64,000 bases of DNA from an uncultured Actinomycetes bacterium. GTDB taxonomy: Bacteria > Actinomycetota > Thermoleophilia > Solirubrobacterales > Solirubrobacteraceae. Each line of letters opens with the position of its first letter. Positions within the stretch are counted from its first letter, which is position 1. The notes below the pieces were generated by a model that worked only from the letters and a program-made list of their open reading frames with translations, made no database searches and was not told the origin of the DNA. Positions 60,614 through 64,000 of the stretch are shown here, piece by piece. A program made the position numbers and the translations under genes. The DNA lies in NCBI GenBank assembly GCA_963698095.1, contig OY969120.1, positions 2,526,419 through 2,590,418 of the forward strand, given 5' to 3'.

Positions 60614-61694
60614 GGGCGCTGAGCAGCGCCTTCTCGCGGGCCGTGCCTCTCATCCGCAGCGGTATCGCCAGCAGCCCCGCGAGCTTGAGGAGCGATACAA
60701 GGTCCGGTGGCGGCTCGCGCGGGTCCTCGGTCGTGCACCAGCGCGACGTCTCGACGCGGTGCGCGACGCCCAGCTCGGCGAAGCGCTCGACGTGCCGCAG
60801 CAGCCATTCGGCGCGGTGGACGGAGAGCAGGCGAGCCTGCCGTTCGGTCAGCGCCGGCGCGCGTCGTCCCCTGCGCCGCGGCAGCATCACAAAGGCCGTC
60901 TCGTCGCCGGTCTCGAACGCCGACAGCGGGACTGCGGCGGCGCTCGGGCCGCGGGTGCCGGGAATGCCGAACTCGATCACGCGCTCGTCGGACACGTAGA
61001 CGCCGTGATGCTCGCGGCCGTCGGCGTCGTCGGCCACGAGATGGTCACCCGGCTGGAAGCGGCGCGGCAGCGTGCGCGCCACCTTCGACCACTCGCGAAA
61101 CACCTCGGCCCAGAAGCGGTTCGTGTAGCGCTTGTGCAGGCTGGACACGATCGGGCTGAACGCCAGCGTGAACCACGAGAGCGCCTGCACCGGGCGCGCG
61201 CGCTGCCTGGCGCGGCCCTCCCCGCGCAGCAGCCAGAGGCTCAGCAGTTGGCTCGCCGCGACGCTGAGGACGACCTGCACGCTGAGCGCGCGCCCGCTCG
61301 TAGCGCAGAAGGTGGCCGCATGCTCGCAGTTGTTGCCGAGCAGGTTGTAGCGGCTCAGCCTGCGCCGCGAGCGGAGCCATTCGCCGTGGTGCTCGAGCAG
61401 CCACTCCGCCTTGCGGACGACCTGCCCGGGCGTCACGTCCTCGCGCACCCGCTGTCCGCTCGTGCCGATGCGGTGGCGGATGATGCTGACGCGGCTGCCC
61501 TGCGCGAACTGCTCCAGCGAGACGGCGCCGATCGTCGCGTCCGGCTTGTCGGCGATCCGGCCGCCGAACTGCACCACGCGCTCGTCGCTCACATAGATGC
61601 CGTGGTGCCGGTAGCCGAGGCGACGGCGGACGGCGAGATGGTCACCCGGCGCGAAGCCGCGTCTTCTGGCGGAGCTGGGGGCGGTGGAGCGCAT
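60480..61694 (-). CDS. Protein with two LRAT-like (permuted NlpC/P60) domains, each followed by a hydrophobic segment
   Basis: PGDHL..YRHHGIYV...YNLLGNNCEH; second PGDHL..REHHGVYV lacking NCEH. Confidence 0.7.
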   Translation of the reverse strand: MRSTAPSSARRRGFAPGDHLAVRRRLGYRHHGIYVSDERVVQFGGRIADKPDATIGAVSLEQFAQGSRVSIIRHRIGTSGQRVREDVTPGQVVRKAEWLLEHHGEWLRSRRRLSRYNLLGNNCEHAATFCATSGRALSVQVVLSVAASQLLSLWLLRGEGRARQRARPVQALSWFTLAFSPIVSSLHKRYTNRFWAEVFREWSKVARTLPRRFQPGDHLVADDADGREHHGVYVSDERVIEFGIPGTRGPSAAAVPLSAFETGDETAFVMLPRRRGRRAPALTERQARLLSVHRAEWLLRHVERFAELGVAHRVETSRWCTTEDPREPPPDLVSLLKLAGLLAIPLRMRGTAREKALLSALMLLSVAATLGGPNRNAKPPWERMSAEWRAHLDATCETLGADPG

Positions 61695-61865
61695 GGTTCG
61701 CCTCTGGTCAGTATCGCGCGCGCGGGGCGTCGTCGGGCGTTCGTGGCCGACGTCCCGATCGTCACACGATGACATGAACGCTTGCGTTTCCCGGTCGGGG
61801 TCGAATAGCGTGGAACCACCGTTTCTGCAGCAACGGACGGGGATCGGGTGGGCACAGCGGTGCGA

Positions 61866-62492
61866 ATGAGGTCGGCCGTCAACTGGGCGGTGCTGGGGCT
61901 GGTGATCGAGCGCCCGAGCTACGGCTACGAGCTGTTCCAGCGCCTGGAACGTCGCTACGGCGGCGTGCTCGACCCGCCGATCTCCCAGATATACGCGGCG
62001 CTCAACGCGCTCGAGCGCGCAGCGCTGATCGAGCCGCTGCCGGCCGAGGAGGCCGGCGCCGCGCCGGACGAGCATGCGCGCCCCGCCGCCAGGCGCCAGC
62101 CGAAGGTCCACTACCGCGCCACCGCCGGCGGCGCGAGAGCGTTCCGCGAATGGGTCGCCGAGCAGATCCGCGACGACCCGCGCCACGTCGAGCTGCTGCG
62201 GCGGATCGCCGGCACCGCGGCGGCCGGGGTCGACCGCGTCGGCACGATGCGGGATCTCGTCGACGCCTATGAGCGCGCCTGCGTGGAGGAGGCGAGCCTG
62301 CTGCCGCTGCCGCCCGCGCGCAGCGGCGCGACGCCGGCCGTCGCCGCCGGGGAGCTGGTCGAACGGCTCGTGCTGGGCGCGCGGCGCGGCCTGCTCGACG
62401 CGCACTTCGCCTGGATCGCCTACGCGCGCAAGGAGATCGACGCGTTCGAGCGGACGCGCACGGCGGGGGCCGATGAGCCTGCTGACGCTTGA
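61866..62492 (+). CDS. PadR-family regulator
   Basis: VLGLVIERPSYGYEL, SQIYAALNALE, KVHYRAT. Confidence 0.85.
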   Translation: MRSAVNWAVLGLVIERPSYGYELFQRLERRYGGVLDPPISQIYAALNALERAALIEPLPAEEAGAAPDEHARPAARRQPKVHYRATAGGARAFREWVAEQIRDDPRHVELLRRIAGTAAAGVDRVGTMRDLVDAYERACVEEASLLPLPPARSGATPAVAAGELVERLVLGARRGLLDAHFAWIAYARKEIDAFERTRTAGADEPADA

Positions 62493-63201
62493 GCGCGTCA
62501 GCAAGCGCTACCGCCGCGGCCGTCGCGAGGTCGTCGCGCTCGACGACGTCTCGCTCGCGATCGAGCCGGGCGAGCTGGTCGCGATCTGGGGCGTGCCGCG
62601 CTCCGGCCGCACGACGCTGCTGCGGATCGCGGCGGGGCTCGAGCGGCCCGACGGCGGCGCGGTCCGCTTCGGCGAGTACGGCCTCGCGGCAGGTTGTCGC
62701 GACGGCGGCCTCCCGGCGGGGATCGGCTTCGTGCAGATCGGGCTCGCGGGCGCTTGCGGCGAGTCGGCCATCGACCACGTCGCGATGCCGCTGCTCGCGC
62801 GCGGGACGGCGCCCGAGACGGCGCGCGCCCGCGCGCTGCTGCAGCTCGAGCGCGTCGGCGCCGCCGCCTGCGCGCCGCTGCGGCTGCGCGAGCTGGAGCC
62901 GACCGAGCGCGTGCGGGTCGCGATCGCGCAGGCGCTCGTGACCGGGCCGCAGCTGCTGCTGGTCGACGACCCGACCCGCCACGTCGACCTGCTCGAGCGC
63001 GAGGCGGTGCTGCTGCTCGTGCGCTCGATCGCCGACGGCCGCGTCGCCGTGCTGATGACGACCGGCGAAGCGATGGGCGTCTCCGGCGTCGACCGCGCGC
63101 TGACGATCAGCGGCGGCGTGCTGCGCGCCGAGGCGGCTGCCGAGTGCGCCGACGTCGTCGCGCTGCACGGCGGCTCGCGCTCACGCGGCGCGGTGCGCTG
63201 A
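62473..63201 (+). CDS. ABC-type ATP-binding protein with degenerate motifs
   Basis: Walker A GVPRSGRTT, signature LEPTE, Walker B LLLVDDP, no H-loop His. Confidence 0.75.
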   Translation: MSLLTLERVSKRYRRGRREVVALDDVSLAIEPGELVAIWGVPRSGRTTLLRIAAGLERPDGGAVRFGEYGLAAGCRDGGLPAGIGFVQIGLAGACGESAIDHVAMPLLARGTAPETARARALLQLERVGAAACAPLRLRELEPTERVRVAIAQALVTGPQLLLVDDPTRHVDLLEREAVLLLVRSIADGRVAVLMTTGEAMGVSGVDRALTISGGVLRAEAAAECADVVALHGGSRSRGAVR

Positions 63202-63213
63202 CCGGAGCGGCGC

Positions 63214-63951
63214 TCACGCCGGCGTCGCGCGGGCGCGGAACGGCACGACCTCGCCGCGGGGCGGCCCGCTCGCGCCGCGCAGCGTGCCGTCGGCGAGCGT
63301 CAGCACGCGCCCGGCGCCGGCGATCCCCGCGACGTCGCGCGAGGTCACGAGCAGGGCGAGCTGCGGACGCTCGGCGGCGATCGCGCGCAGCAGGCGCAGC
63401 AGGTCGTCGCGCTCGTCGGGTGCCGCCAGCGCTCCCGGCTCGTCGACGAGCAGCAGACGCGGGTCGCGCACGAGCGCCTGCGCGAGCGCGACGCGCGTCT
63501 CGTCGCCAGGCGACAGCTCGTCCGCGCTCGCGTTCGTGCAGTGGCCGGCGCCGACGCGGTCGATCGCCGTGTGCGCCTTCGCCAGCGCCGTCGCCAGCCG
63601 GTGGCCCTCGGCCAGCAGGGGCAGCGCGACGTGGTCGAGCACCGGCTTGCCGCGCACCACGCGCCAGCTCTTGGGCGCGAGCCCGACGGTGCGCAGCCGC
63701 GGCGTGCGCTCGCCGGCGGGCGGCGTGCCGTGCGCCTCGCCGTCGAGTCGCACCGTGCCGGCGTCCGGCGCTTCGAGGCCCGCGGCGACGCGCAGCAGCG
63801 TCGTCTTCCCGACCCGGTGGGGGCCGAGGATCGCGACCAGCTCGCCCGGCCAGACCTCCAAGCAGGCGTCGTCGAGCACGGCGACGCGCTCGCGGCCGAG
63901 ACGGTGGCGGCGCGTGACGTGCTCGAACGCGAGCACTGGTGTGTCGCTCAA
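63214..63951 (-). CDS. ABC-type ATP-binding protein with degenerate motifs
   Basis: Walker A GPHRVGKTT, LSPGD, LLLVDEP, VTSR in place of the H-loop. Confidence 0.75.
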   Translation of the reverse strand: MSDTPVLAFEHVTRRHRLGRERVAVLDDACLEVWPGELVAILGPHRVGKTTLLRVAAGLEAPDAGTVRLDGEAHGTPPAGERTPRLRTVGLAPKSWRVVRGKPVLDHVALPLLAEGHRLATALAKAHTAIDRVGAGHCTNASADELSPGDETRVALAQALVRDPRLLLVDEPGALAAPDERDDLLRLLRAIAAERPQLALLVTSRDVAGIAGAGRVLTLADGTLRGASGPPRGEVVPFRARATPA

Positions 63952-64000
63952 CCGGTGCGTCCTGACCGCGGCACCGCTTCCCCGATCCCGTAAGAAAATG

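Overview
Very GC-rich actinobacterial DNA; gene content suggests Thermoleophilia/Solirubrobacterales (Conexibacter-like), which is an inference. The backbone is housekeeping: trpB2, satP-acs, thyX, serS, a full nuoA-N operon, hemW, sod-ferredoxin, three tRNAs, ligD and fatty-acid beta-oxidation genes. Many essential genes (acs, nuoD/F/L/M/N) carry 1-bp indels that look like assembly errors. Small accessory modules sit singly between core genes: a putative RelE/AbrB-like TA pair plus an RxxxxH HEPN gene (7-9 kb), a HEPN + nucleotidyltransferase-HEPN pair (32-33 kb), an AbiE type IV TA overlapping tRNA-Arg (45-46.7 kb), a Phd-VapC pair (54.7-55.3 kb), a DUF3800-like RNase H-fold gene with a divergent structured ncRNA candidate (58.6-59.6 kb; best candidate for a little-described system), a tandem LRAT-domain protein and a PadR with two orphan ABC ATPases. 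Non-coding features include a covarying REP-like repeat, a 163-nt imperfect hairpin and an unexplained three-way-junction RNA candidate. No CRISPR array, integrase or transposase was seen. All family assignments are from motif recognition, not database searches.
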